Below, piece after piece: positions 16,801 to 25,250 of a DNA stretch of 57,729 nt. The position numbers were made by a program, and so were the translations under genes. A model generated the notes under the pieces. It made no database searches and was not told the origin of the DNA. It saw only the letters and a list, made by a program, of their open reading frames with translations. Origin of the DNA: a virus (Duplodnaviria > Caudoviricetes); the IMG/VR virus record IMGVR_UViG_3300042465_001383, positions 1 through 57,729 of that record. One strand, 5' to 3'. Every line of letters starts with the position of its first letter. The first letter of the stretch is position 1.

Positions 16801-17105
16801 ATCAGTTGTGCAAACTTGTCAGCAGCATCCTTGTCACCCCCAACGTATTGCAGGATGCGCTTGGAGCTTTTTTCATACCAATACTTGCCAGGCTTTCCTT
16901 GCTTTGCCAAATCCAAAAGGTCACCGTACATGGCTTGGATTGATTGTTCTGGCGGCAAGGACTGGTATCTCTGATGCATCCTGCCAGTTCTTGTTTCACG
17001 AACCTTTGCAAGCTGATTGGCAAACCCAGTCATTTCTTCTGGGGTTGGCGGCACCTTGGTTGATGGGTTTGTCAGGCTAAGTGCCTTGTTTACAATGCCT
17101 GCCAT
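13866..17105 (-). CDS. Large polyvalent protein: HhH-glycosylase-like domain + middle domain + CmoA-like SAM-dependent transferase
   Basis: WY...A..SPQ..V..N...K..NF..N..D.WM..QA..W; FDDHI..SIPGF...DIGASEG...FQF...EEKF...W..GNF. Confidence 0.7.
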   Translation of the reverse strand: MAGIVNKALSLTNPSTKVPPTPEEMTGFANQLAKVRETRTGRMHQRYQSLPPEQSIQAMYGDLLDLAKQGKPGKYWYEKSSKRILQYVGGDKDAADKFAQLIAIYSPQTTVPVNTGNAIKAYNRAKAGSKLWDGDIVDRDRTFKNIKESSDYVKSLGGENAGITKVPLDDSGKRFLIARHKPKSYENIATADRDLKAHLLMNEGIPFEGRKTNNFYNNLMVHIDPSRLQGSTQDLWMAHAFGFPDVAIGSSGKYDFMEKITKRLSDQLGWRPHQVQAAIWTAIKTRMEGVADDAKKAAISKGMATMQIGPKGKPRFTPNEGAEDQIAELHRDMALGKKVSRKHILESAKDFSDFMDQNLAHITWESAPSKDVAHLNGIENLSPEAKAEYHGMASKALQDKDGNDLLAKYLGIMSPGSKDAPGYWQGKTNPATHTQMASTRIKAALQQPDIDEPSKHLLDIYATAKGLLHKQDGVGYHRPFYNPQITKANGIEYQFDKDLTDDHIRNIGQSLDKTSPGASLIPVNNRTVRILNFSDQHQNDQRGFHKATDSVMSTAVPSTHTATKRAFASDGNLVENDWKVNKNGEDYRRRLSAAGRPDVHEFVSSVLAPRLEAVDREFAQKHGLKTDPQLEQSIRTPQAVQPNVGQGASSLLGNNVSGPRQAFSKGGDTTPAAPSEPEGMEGISGEGSSGLLGNGRNFTGFFSNITSGLTGAPASKEGYKPAFDISGISPFSQEYHKHLGKFDDHIGMSIPGFREVQQGVGHAIANTFPDGGDMIDIGASEGALNKSISALTGGRMRTVALDPNPSMHQSFHSISKVPGAEYALGAYGNKEDEGQTAWTEDPILHDKNGVPRPNPYADMPIKYYTPDRKFDVAHEAMVFQFMNNNRHAQVARAKELLHPHGILINEEKFVPGEGLPQDEFAANEAKKDAYKERFFTKEDIAKKAAAILHGKQDEFAAEQKAKEAAVVGMHDLQVPPGEMERVLKKHFKHVAQIWDSGNFKGYASSDSPEHLNRFLSHLPNMNSEFSTKQTPRIVDHKEDEKGKIGAVAETLSRGGIAKNIERALSLTSLYALGHDRDAG

Positions 17106-17106
17106 A

Positions 17107-19143
17107 TCACTTCCCCTTGGGTTTCAGCGCCAATGTAGCAGCTTTGCCGTCTTTGGTGAAGCGGCGTGTTAGGGCGATGGCGGCAGACACATCACCGCCG
17201 TTGCTAAAAGCAAAATCTGTTTTTTTTCCGTACACAGGGTTCTTTGCATAAACCAGCGGACCAATGTGCAAAGCCTCGTCCGCAGCCATGACAGGCTCTT
17301 GTGTCTCGCGGTCGTAGAAGTACGAGTGCCGCTCTGGGTCCATCCCAACCTGACGCCACTGGGGGTCGTTGTGGATCGTCTGCGACAGCGCAAACGCATC
17401 CTCCGGCGTTGTCTTCTTCCAGTTGCCATGAACGGTGGCGATTGTGGATTTGGGCTTGCCGCTTGCGATGTTCAGCGCGCCCGTTGGGTGGACCCCAAAG
17501 CGCGGGTTGCCGATGTGCGCCACGCTGTCGTAGCCGATCACCTCACCTGCCGTGAAGTCTGTCTTTGGATGGTGAACGGACACCACCCATGTGTTCTTCT
17601 TCTCGTACGCCGGAATGTCGAGGCGCACCGCCACAGGCGTTCCTTCCTCCAGACCTCTTGGAGCAAACGCCTTGGGCTGCTTGTCCTTGGTCAGCGCATC
17701 GTGAACTTGCTCATCGGACGCAGGGGAAACTGGTGCATCGTACGGTGAGACAGGCTTTATCTTGTTGACCATCTCAGCGTGGGCTTCGCGCGAACCCGTG
17801 CCAGCTTTGATCGCCTGTGCAGACGGCCAGAGGGCCTTTTCGCGCAGAGAGCCTGTCGCTGACCCGCCTTCGGCCTTGGTGATGTCGGGGTCGTTGGGGT
17901 CAAACGTGCCTTGGTTGCCCGTGGCGCTCTTTACTTGCTCCGGCTTGAATGCAACGTACTCTTTCGACCCGTCAGGGCGGTGGGCAATGATGCCGTCGAA
18001 GCCAGAGTTGCGGATTGTTTTGTGGATATTCTGCTGACCAAACTGGTTTACCATTGCGCCATGTTGGGTGTCGGTCAGAAACAAGTCTCGAACTGTCGCG
18101 GTGCCGTCATCCAGCTTCTTAGTCAGCTCGGCGGCTCTTGCCTTGTCTTCGTCGTTTATGCCTCCAAGCCACAAGCCCTGCTTTTTTATAGCGTCCTTGA
18201 TGTGGTCGCGCCATGCTGGATGCCGCAACGTATCGTCTGTAAAAGGCTGCTTCATGCTGACGTGCAGCTTCATCACTTGACCATGCGGCTTGGCATCAGC
18301 CTGATCGGCGCGGATGCCTTGGGCAAAGTCGCTTGCAACCTTTGGGCTGTCAGACAGGTAGATTCCAGCGCCGTAGCTGCCATATTCTGAGGGTCTGAAC
18401 GTGCGGAAATCCTGAGCGGCGATGTTTTTGTTAGTGGCCACTTGGTCAATATCAGAGGTCCATTTTCCATCACCGTGATACTTGTGGTCCTCCACAATCT
18501 TGGGCGCGTTACCGTGGTACAGCACCTCCGGCACATCTGGGTGGTTGCCCTGCATGAACGCCACCTTGCCCCCACTTTCGGCGTGGATGCGACCCCCATC
18601 AGCTTTCTTGACTACGATACTGGGATTGATGACGGCCACCCCCATGTCACGCATGGAATTAAAATGGACAGCGTCATAACCAGCCTCTTTTGCCCGTGCA
18701 ATGGCCTCGTTTGCCGCATCCCGCAAGTTTTCCCCTTGGCGCAAGCTGCGAAGCAGCGGTCCCTTCTTTCGACCCGTGATCTGCGAGAACTCCCCTGTGC
18801 CTTCGGTCAAAACTTTTGCATGGCTTGGCAGTTCAAATTGACTGATCTGATCACCATAAAGACGCGCAACATCCTCATGTGGCGTTCCGAAAAGCAGACC
18901 CTCACCGATGCCTCCAGTGATGCTCTCTCCGCTGTCGTTTGTGCCGCGATATAGGTTCATTCCACCTGTATCGCCATTCTCACGCCCACCACCAGCGTGG
19001 ACGGCGCGGGGGACGTTGGGCAGGTATTTGGACGGGGCGATCTGGCCACCAGCGCGAGTGACAGCGGTGCGGGCGCGGGCTTTGTCAAGAAGGCCAGCCG
19101 CTGTCAGCTTGGCAGAACGGATCGCCTTGTCCTTATCCATCAC
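17107..19143 (-). CDS. Polyvalent protein with two ART-PolyVal-like ADP-ribosyltransferase domains and a third domain
   Basis: LYRGT...GYDAV...VINP and LYHG...F..F...G.GIYL.D....A..FA...GFDGI....EYVAF.PEQVKSA.GN.GTFD. Confidence 0.8.
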   Translation of the reverse strand: MMDKDKAIRSAKLTAAGLLDKARARTAVTRAGGQIAPSKYLPNVPRAVHAGGGRENGDTGGMNLYRGTNDSGESITGGIGEGLLFGTPHEDVARLYGDQISQFELPSHAKVLTEGTGEFSQITGRKKGPLLRSLRQGENLRDAANEAIARAKEAGYDAVHFNSMRDMGVAVINPSIVVKKADGGRIHAESGGKVAFMQGNHPDVPEVLYHGNAPKIVEDHKYHGDGKWTSDIDQVATNKNIAAQDFRTFRPSEYGSYGAGIYLSDSPKVASDFAQGIRADQADAKPHGQVMKLHVSMKQPFTDDTLRHPAWRDHIKDAIKKQGLWLGGINDEDKARAAELTKKLDDGTATVRDLFLTDTQHGAMVNQFGQQNIHKTIRNSGFDGIIAHRPDGSKEYVAFKPEQVKSATGNQGTFDPNDPDITKAEGGSATGSLREKALWPSAQAIKAGTGSREAHAEMVNKIKPVSPYDAPVSPASDEQVHDALTKDKQPKAFAPRGLEEGTPVAVRLDIPAYEKKNTWVVSVHHPKTDFTAGEVIGYDSVAHIGNPRFGVHPTGALNIASGKPKSTIATVHGNWKKTTPEDAFALSQTIHNDPQWRQVGMDPERHSYFYDRETQEPVMAADEALHIGPLVYAKNPVYGKKTDFAFSNGGDVSAAIALTRRFTKDGKAATLALKPKGK

Positions 19144-21452
19144 TTCTTACCTCTTTGAACCTGCATGGCCAGCTTGACAGCATCGGCGGCGTGGTCGCGT
19201 TGCTGCATGTCTTTTTCGTGCTGCATCCGAACCGCATCGTTCATCTGGTCGCGGTCCATGTCCATCTGCTTGGCTTGCAGGTCTTTCTCGCGGTCCAGAT
19301 CGCGGTTTTCGTCGTTGGCCATGTCGCGGCGGGCCGACAGTTCCATCTGCTTGGCCTTGTTCTGCTCGGCCATCATCTTGATCTGGAGTTCCTGCGGGTC
19401 TTTGCCAGCGGGGCCAGCCACACCAGTGGGGGCCGCAGGTTGCTGCGCCTTGATCATGGCGGCCTGCGCCCGCATCGTGTCGGCGTCAGCGCGCTGGTGG
19501 TCGATCTTGAGGTCTTCCATGCCCTTGAGCAGTTCGGGCGATGGCTGATTGCGCTGGTCTTCGGGCTTGAGGAACTGCTCAGGGTTCGACCAGCCAATGG
19601 CGCGCAGGGCTGCCTTGTCGATGGCCAAGGCGTCATACATGTCGGGGCTGGCAGACTGCAACTGCTTGAGCGCCATAACCTTCATCAGGCGCTGGCTGTG
19701 CGAAGATGTGTTGGGGTCGGCCTGCGGCACCAGTTCCACATCGGTCAGGGCTTGCAGGAACAGTTCCTCGTTCCACACAATGGTGGGCTTGCGGTTGCGC
19801 TCCCAGAAGCTTTCGGGGTGTTCGCGGAAGCATTGCACCAGTAGCGAGAACTCCTCGGCCTGCGCGCTGTGCATCCGCTTATGGACCGCGTTCAGGATTT
19901 TGGTGGCCTGTTCAATCATGGCCAGCGTGGTACCAACGGGCGCATCCGCGCGGCCCTCGCCCACCTGCAACTCGGACGTGCCGCCCACGCGCATCCCCGT
20001 CTCGCTCATGTTCTGCACCAGCGACATCAATGCACCAGACGGCTCCTTGTAAGGCAGCGGCATGATGGCATCGCCAATCTTCTGGCCGCCCGTCTTGACC
20101 TGCGCCCCACCGCCAGGTGGTACGCGGAAGATGTTGGTGTTCTGCCGCGCGCCCGTGTCCGAGATTAGGAAGCCAGGGAAGTTGGCGTACATGCCAGCGT
20201 CGAGCAACTCACGCCACGCGGCGGTGATCGCGTTGGTGGTATTGCCAAGGATGTGCAGAAGGCCGATGTCGTAGAACCCAAGCCCTGGCACAAAGGTGTA
20301 CTTGACGAACGTGGTGCGGGCTTCCGGCAGCATCCCCGTGTCGGGCTGGTCGTAGTTGCGGGTGATGGACAGAATTTCACGGGACGACACGTCAATCGTC
20401 ACGCGGTAGGGGATTTCCAGCCCCGTGATCTTGCCCTTGAATTTGTGTTCAAACTTCTTGATGTCCAGTTCGCAGTAGATTTCGTAAATCTCGCGGTCGC
20501 GGTCGTCAGGGTTGGCGGACGTGGTGGTGATGCCCTGCTGTGACGCCATTGCCTCTGCGGCGGCGTCCGGCGTGACTTCCATTGGGGTGGACAGGTCGAT
20601 GTCGCGGTAGACCCCAAGGATTTGCAGGCGCTTGACCGTGGACGGCTTGAGCATCACGCGGTGCGTGATCCGCATGGCGGTGGACAGGTCGGTGGCGCTG
20701 TTGTTGACGATCAGGTTGTCGGCATCCACGCTGTCGCTGGCCGGACGGTTCCGCAGCGGGCAGAAGAACACCTTCTTGAACGAGGTGCCACCGAAGCCCA
20801 GCAGCAGCAACATCCGATCTGTGTCGGGGTAGTATTCGCGGGCAGTGGCGGTCAGGAAGTGGTTCATGTCCTTCTCGAACGCATTGGCAAGGTCATCGCG
20901 CTGCGTGGTTGTGCCATTCGCATCGTCGCGGATTTTGACGGGGCCATCGGTGGGAAGAAGCTCGGACCGTGCGTTGGCCTGAAAGCGCAGCACGGCCTCT
21001 TGCAGCAACGGGTGCCGGACCTTGGACATGCCCTCAATCGGCGCGCCATCTCCCGTGCCTTGCAGGCCAGGGATTTCGATCTTCAGGCCCAGAAGCTTGA
21101 TGCCCTGCGCGCGGTCGTCAATCCACTCGGTGCGGCTCTCAAGGTCGTCAGCGACACCACGCAGCAAGTCTTCCGCGATGCGGGCCAGTTCGCTGTCGTC
21201 AATCTTGCTGGACAGGTTGTCAAACCAGCCCTCTGGCTGGCCTTCCACGTCTTCGGCGTCCGCGATGGGCTTGCCGTCCAGCGACAGGGTGATCGAACCA
21301 TCGCCGTGGTCGATCTTCATAATCGCGCCGTCTTCGTTGATCTCAGGGATGTCGGCAGCCTCATCCGCATTTTCGATGGTTACATCCATGTCGCCCAGTT
21401 GGTCTGGTTCGCTGTCGCCAAGGATGCGGATGTTGGGGTTCAAGCCAGACAT
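19140..21452 (-). CDS. Portal protein
   Basis: HPLL.EAV.RFQA.A..EL.P..GPVK, G..FKKV, L.DAG..AN..G, PLPYKEPS..L, APVGTTLA..EQ, P..DPN. Confidence 0.92.
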   Translation of the reverse strand: MSGLNPNIRILGDSEPDQLGDMDVTIENADEAADIPEINEDGAIMKIDHGDGSITLSLDGKPIADAEDVEGQPEGWFDNLSSKIDDSELARIAEDLLRGVADDLESRTEWIDDRAQGIKLLGLKIEIPGLQGTGDGAPIEGMSKVRHPLLQEAVLRFQANARSELLPTDGPVKIRDDANGTTTQRDDLANAFEKDMNHFLTATAREYYPDTDRMLLLLGFGGTSFKKVFFCPLRNRPASDSVDADNLIVNNSATDLSTAMRITHRVMLKPSTVKRLQILGVYRDIDLSTPMEVTPDAAAEAMASQQGITTTSANPDDRDREIYEIYCELDIKKFEHKFKGKITGLEIPYRVTIDVSSREILSITRNYDQPDTGMLPEARTTFVKYTFVPGLGFYDIGLLHILGNTTNAITAAWRELLDAGMYANFPGFLISDTGARQNTNIFRVPPGGGAQVKTGGQKIGDAIMPLPYKEPSGALMSLVQNMSETGMRVGGTSELQVGEGRADAPVGTTLAMIEQATKILNAVHKRMHSAQAEEFSLLVQCFREHPESFWERNRKPTIVWNEELFLQALTDVELVPQADPNTSSHSQRLMKVMALKQLQSASPDMYDALAIDKAALRAIGWSNPEQFLKPEDQRNQPSPELLKGMEDLKIDHQRADADTMRAQAAMIKAQQPAAPTGVAGPAGKDPQELQIKMMAEQNKAKQMELSARRDMANDENRDLDREKDLQAKQMDMDRDQMNDAVRMQHEKDMQQRDHAADAVKLAMQVQRGKK

Positions 21453-21511
21453 AGGTGGTCCCTTTCAAGGTAATGGCCGTGCCATTGTATCAGGCACGGC
21501 CACCCTTGTCA

Positions 21512-22120
21512 TCACTCGTCGAGAAACAGCACCGCAGCCGCCAGATAGTTGATCGCCCCAAGCAGTTCGCGCTTGGCTGCATCGGCGTCCATGCGCTGGC
21601 TTTCCTGTATCTTCTTCATGGCCTGCCCCAGCGGGAAGCCCAGCCCCACGGCGCGGGTGATGGTCAGGGCGGGTTGCTCCGTGAAGGACAAGCCGTTGCC
21701 GTGGCGCGCTTCGCCCTTGCCCTCTTGCGCCTGTTCCAGTGCTTCGCGCAGCACCTCAAACAGGTCAGAGTATTCCGGCTTCACAAAGACGCTGCGGAAC
21801 TCTTCGCTGCCTTCGTAATCGTCCGGCCCGCACTGGCACACGCCGTCCTTGCAAGTGGGGCAAGTGTTGCCGTCAATGATGTTGATGATCGCTTTTTTCA
21901 TGCGTTCCGTTTCCATGTCATACGCCACTTTGTCTTCCCGAAGGCCTAGCTGGGCGGGGCAGAAACTGTAATGCCCATCCTTGCAGTTGCAGTGTGGGCA
22001 AGTGTCCACTGCTTTGCCAGCCACAGACCCCCACCTTTGGTTTGCATTAACGGAAAGACCCATCGGTTGGGCTGCCGCGCTACCATATTCTGCCATCATC
22101 TTGTCACTCCACTTCGCCAT
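21512..22120 (-). CDS. Hypothetical protein: Cys-rich N-terminus + helical domain (possible NTP-PPase-like fold)
   Basis: QA..GKG..RH....F..QP...GQA.KK..E...ELLGAINY; GGAG SD. Confidence 0.55.
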   Translation of the reverse strand: MAKWSDKMMAEYGSAAAQPMGLSVNANQRWGSVAGKAVDTCPHCNCKDGHYSFCPAQLGLREDKVAYDMETERMKKAIINIIDGNTCPTCKDGVCQCGPDDYEGSEEFRSVFVKPEYSDLFEVLREALEQAQEGKGEARHGNGLSFTEQPALTITRAVGLGFPLGQAMKKIQESQRMDADAAKRELLGAINYLAAAVLFLDE

Positions 22121-22532
22121 CTTCCAGTCTCCTTTGGTTAAACTCTTCCAGTGCGCCAGCGGCCCGTCTTAGCAGGTCGGGGCTGTCCCGAAAGCCGCTC
22201 AGGCCCCTGTTGCAGTGGGTGCATAATATAAACCTAGCCATCTTGGTTTTGTGGCAGTGGTCAAGCTGCCAGCCCTTTTTGTGCTTCGGGTCGTCGGTCC
22301 TGCATATGGCGCAGACGCGCCCCTGTTCGTCAAACATCTTGTCCCATTGCTTCTTGGTAAACCCCAGCCCCTTGCCGCGCTTTTTGTAATTGGCCTCGTC
22401 GCGCCACTCTGGGTCTTCTTCGGCCTTCTTGCGCTTGGCCTCCCTGTTTCGCGCCAAGACAAGATCACGGTTCTTTGCAACGTACTTTAGAGACGCCTTC
22501 CGCCATATGGCTCTCTGCTTTTCGTCAGCCAT
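22104..22532 (-). CDS. Endonuclease VII-family homing endonuclease
   Basis: Q...CAIC...LDHCH.T...R.ILC..CN.GL..F.D. Confidence 0.85.
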   Translation of the reverse strand: MADEKQRAIWRKASLKYVAKNRDLVLARNREAKRKKAEEDPEWRDEANYKKRGKGLGFTKKQWDKMFDEQGRVCAICRTDDPKHKKGWQLDHCHKTKMARFILCTHCNRGLSGFRDSPDLLRRAAGALEEFNQRRLEDGEVE

Positions 22533-22686
22533 GGGATGTTGGTGAGGGGCGATTGGGGAAATAGGCCGTAGCGCAGTCAGATTTCGACCAATACAAAAAC
22601 ACCCGTTGCCGTTTGTTAGATTGTTTCACGCCCCTCGCCTTCCTTCTACCAATGGCGGTGTTACTTGCCAAGGGTTCCCCAGCCGA

Positions 22687-22989
22687 TCATTGCAGTTCAG
22701 CCTCCGATTGTTCGATGTCACCCCAGTCGCTTTCAGCCGCGCCGTCAAAAAGGTGCATCAGGTGGTTGGTCAGACGCTCGGCGGCGTCAGGGTTTTCAAT
22801 GTAGATGATGACGCCACCGAGGGCGTCAACCTTGTCAATCATGGCGGAGGCGTCAGACCCTGCGGCGAACAGCGGGCTGTCCTCAACCTTGGCCTTGTCC
22901 ACGAACCCGATGAACGGCGTGGGCATGTCCCCAATCATCGCCATGCCAATGGTCATAACGGTCTTGGGGCTGCCATAAATGACCTTCAC
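22687..22989 (-). CDS. Hypothetical protein
   Basis: GTGA overlap start at 22989. Confidence 0.55.
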   Translation of the reverse strand: MKVIYGSPKTVMTIGMAMIGDMPTPFIGFVDKAKVEDSPLFAAGSDASAMIDKVDALGGVIIYIENPDAAERLTNHLMHLFDGAAESDWGDIEQSEAELQ

Positions 22990-23228
22990 GCTGGGACCAT
23001 GCCGTTGGCCATGCCACGGATCATGTGGTCCAGTTCCTCGTTCAGCGCCTGCCGCAAGACGTTCATCGCCTCGACGCGGTTGCCATCGGGGACGCACCCA
23101 CCCCAGAACGCAATGCAGGCACGGATGCCACCCATCAGCACGTCTGGCGGTGCAAGCTGGTCCTCGTTGACCATCTGGCCCATGTAGGTGGCAAGGGTTT
23201 CCGCTACCATCTTGATATCATTGGTCAT
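22986..23228 (-). CDS. Hypothetical protein
   Basis: GGAG SD; coupled to neighbours. Confidence 0.6.
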   Translation of the reverse strand: MTNDIKMVAETLATYMGQMVNEDQLAPPDVLMGGIRACIAFWGGCVPDGNRVEAMNVLRQALNEELDHMIRGMANGMVPA

Positions 23229-23382
23229 TTATCTGCTCCATTGCCTTAAACGCCGCATCCTTCTCGGTGTCGGCTTCGATGATAAGCTCAAACTCTTCTT
23301 TGGTGTCGCGGTCGGTGACGGTGACGACCCAGTGACCTGCTGGATGTAGGGCCTCCACGGTGGCGTTAAGCTTCTTGGGCAT
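23218..23382 (-). CDS. Hypothetical protein, 54 aa (MPKKLNATVE...), not in ORF track
   Basis: GGGAG SD; fills the gap between coupled genes. Confidence 0.55.
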   Translation of the reverse strand: MPKKLNATVEALHPAGHWVVTVTDRDTKEEFELIIEADTEKDAAFKAMEQINDQ

Positions 23383-23602
23383 CGCGCATCTCCCGTATGG
23401 CCTTGATGTCCTGAGCTATGCAGTGCTTCAGTGACGCCTCCATGTCGTCGTCGGTGACGCCCTCGGCCTTGAGCGCGAAGCCGTAGATGACAAACAGATG
23501 CGACAGGGCGTTCATCGCCTCGGTGAACATCAGGTCGTGCGTGTCGCAGTATTCAGTGACAAACTCTGCCAAGGCGTTTGTCAGCCCGTTAATTCTGTCC
23601 AT
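23366..23602 (-). CDS. Hypothetical protein
   Basis: GGAGG SD directly after terL. Confidence 0.6.
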   Translation of the reverse strand: MDRINGLTNALAEFVTEYCDTHDLMFTEAMNALSHLFVIYGFALKAEGVTDDDMEASLKHCIAQDIKAIREMRDAQEA

Positions 23603-23612
23603 GATCCCTCCA

Positions 23613-25250
23613 TCAGGCGTTGTACAGCGGCTCGTTCTGGTTGCCGTGGAAGACGCGACTGTCTTCGATCTCGGCCATCCGCTCCGGCGCTCTTGTTAAC
23701 ATACCAACATCTCTTAGATGCTTCAAGCCCATGGAGACGGTGTCAACCAGATCGTCGTGCGCGCCACGCGGGAAGGACGATGTCTGCCGGATCACCATCT
23801 CGGCCCAGTCCTTGTTGGGGGCAAACACCATGCCCTCGGAGAAGATGTGCTGGATGCTATACAACCGCGCCACCTTGTCGAGCGTCTTGGGGTCGTACAT
23901 CTGGACCCCGAACTTGGCGCTGTTGAAAACCCGCCGGAGTTCCTGCGCCACGCTGTGGCCCGCCGCCTTGTTTTCAATCAGCAGCGTGTCCACTTTCATG
24001 CGGGCGCAGATGTCCTCGACCTTCACCACCAGATCGCCGATCTCCAAGCGGTCCTGCCACGCATACATCAGCATGACCTTGGCGGTCGCGCCCAGCGCCT
24101 CGGACTGGCTGCTCGTTGCGCTTTCGATGGGCCGACCGTAGCGGTCCACCATGCGGGTTGACGCCTGATCGGCGGACGCGCTGAACACGCCCCACACGGT
24201 CAGGGCGCTTGGGTCGTTCTCGCTCTTGGTGGTGTAGGCGGTGTCGAGCGCCGCCACGATGTATTCGATGGGTGGGTATTCCGATGCCGACCATGGCTGC
24301 CACCACTGGTCTTTGACGATGCCACCGCCACGGGGTTCGGGCGACTGCTGGTATTGCCCTGCGGTGGCGTATGGCCCCATGGCCGCCTCGTCGCGCTCGA
24401 CAACGTGCAGCGGGAAGCGGTCCTCGAACAGCAGTTCGCCGTCGATCTCGCGGGGGTCAGCGTAGCCCAAGCTGGTCACGCAGGCGCGGTTGGGGTCGAA
24501 CCGCATCGGCAGCATGATGTGGTCGTAGCCCATGTCTTTTTCGAGGATCACGCCGCTCGTGTCCCGCTCGTGCAGGCGCTGCATCACCACCACAATGGCG
24601 GACTGGTCTGGGTTGTTGAGGCGGGACGTGACGGCTTCTTTGAACAGCGTGGTGACACCCTCGCGCTTGGCATCGCTGTTGGCATCGTCCACGCTGTGCG
24701 GGTCGTCGATGATCACGCGGTCGCCCCTGTAGCCCGTGATGCCCGTGAACGCGCAAGCCTGCCGCGATCCCGTGGCCGTGGTTTCGAACTTGGCCTTGGC
24801 GTTCTGATCGCCCGTGATCGTGACGCGGTCGCCCCAATGGCCCTGATACCATTCGTCGGTAACCAAGCGCCGCATCCGCAGGCTGTCGCGGATCGCCAGT
24901 TCGAGGCTGTGGGACGCGCAGACGTAGCGCATGTTGGGCATGTTGCGCGGCCCCCACTCCCACGCGGGCCAGAACACGCCGATCAGCAGCGACTTCATCG
25001 TGCCTGGGGGAACGTTCACCAGCAGGCGGTTGTAGAACGTGCCATCGTCGTTCAGATCGCCATCGGTGATCGCCTCAAGATGCGCGCAGATGAAGTCAAT
25101 GTGCCAGCCGTGAACGTAGGGCTGACCGGGTTCGATTACCGACCACGCGGCCTTGACGAACGATGCCAGCGACATCTCGCACTTGCGCTTTTCGATAGCC
25201 CGCAGCGTGGCAACCTTGTCGATTGGCCGTGGCAGCGTGATCACGCCCAT
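23613..25250 (-). CDS. terL: Terminase large subunit
   Basis: NVPPGTMKS Walker A, IIDDPH Walker B, VMQRLHE, DTAY...ND, HDDLVD nuclease motifs; start re-called to 25250. Confidence 0.96.
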   Translation of the reverse strand: MGVITLPRPIDKVATLRAIEKRKCEMSLASFVKAAWSVIEPGQPYVHGWHIDFICAHLEAITDGDLNDDGTFYNRLLVNVPPGTMKSLLIGVFWPAWEWGPRNMPNMRYVCASHSLELAIRDSLRMRRLVTDEWYQGHWGDRVTITGDQNAKAKFETTATGSRQACAFTGITGYRGDRVIIDDPHSVDDANSDAKREGVTTLFKEAVTSRLNNPDQSAIVVVMQRLHERDTSGVILEKDMGYDHIMLPMRFDPNRACVTSLGYADPREIDGELLFEDRFPLHVVERDEAAMGPYATAGQYQQSPEPRGGGIVKDQWWQPWSASEYPPIEYIVAALDTAYTTKSENDPSALTVWGVFSASADQASTRMVDRYGRPIESATSSQSEALGATAKVMLMYAWQDRLEIGDLVVKVEDICARMKVDTLLIENKAAGHSVAQELRRVFNSAKFGVQMYDPKTLDKVARLYSIQHIFSEGMVFAPNKDWAEMVIRQTSSFPRGAHDDLVDTVSMGLKHLRDVGMLTRAPERMAEIEDSRVFHGNQNEPLYNA

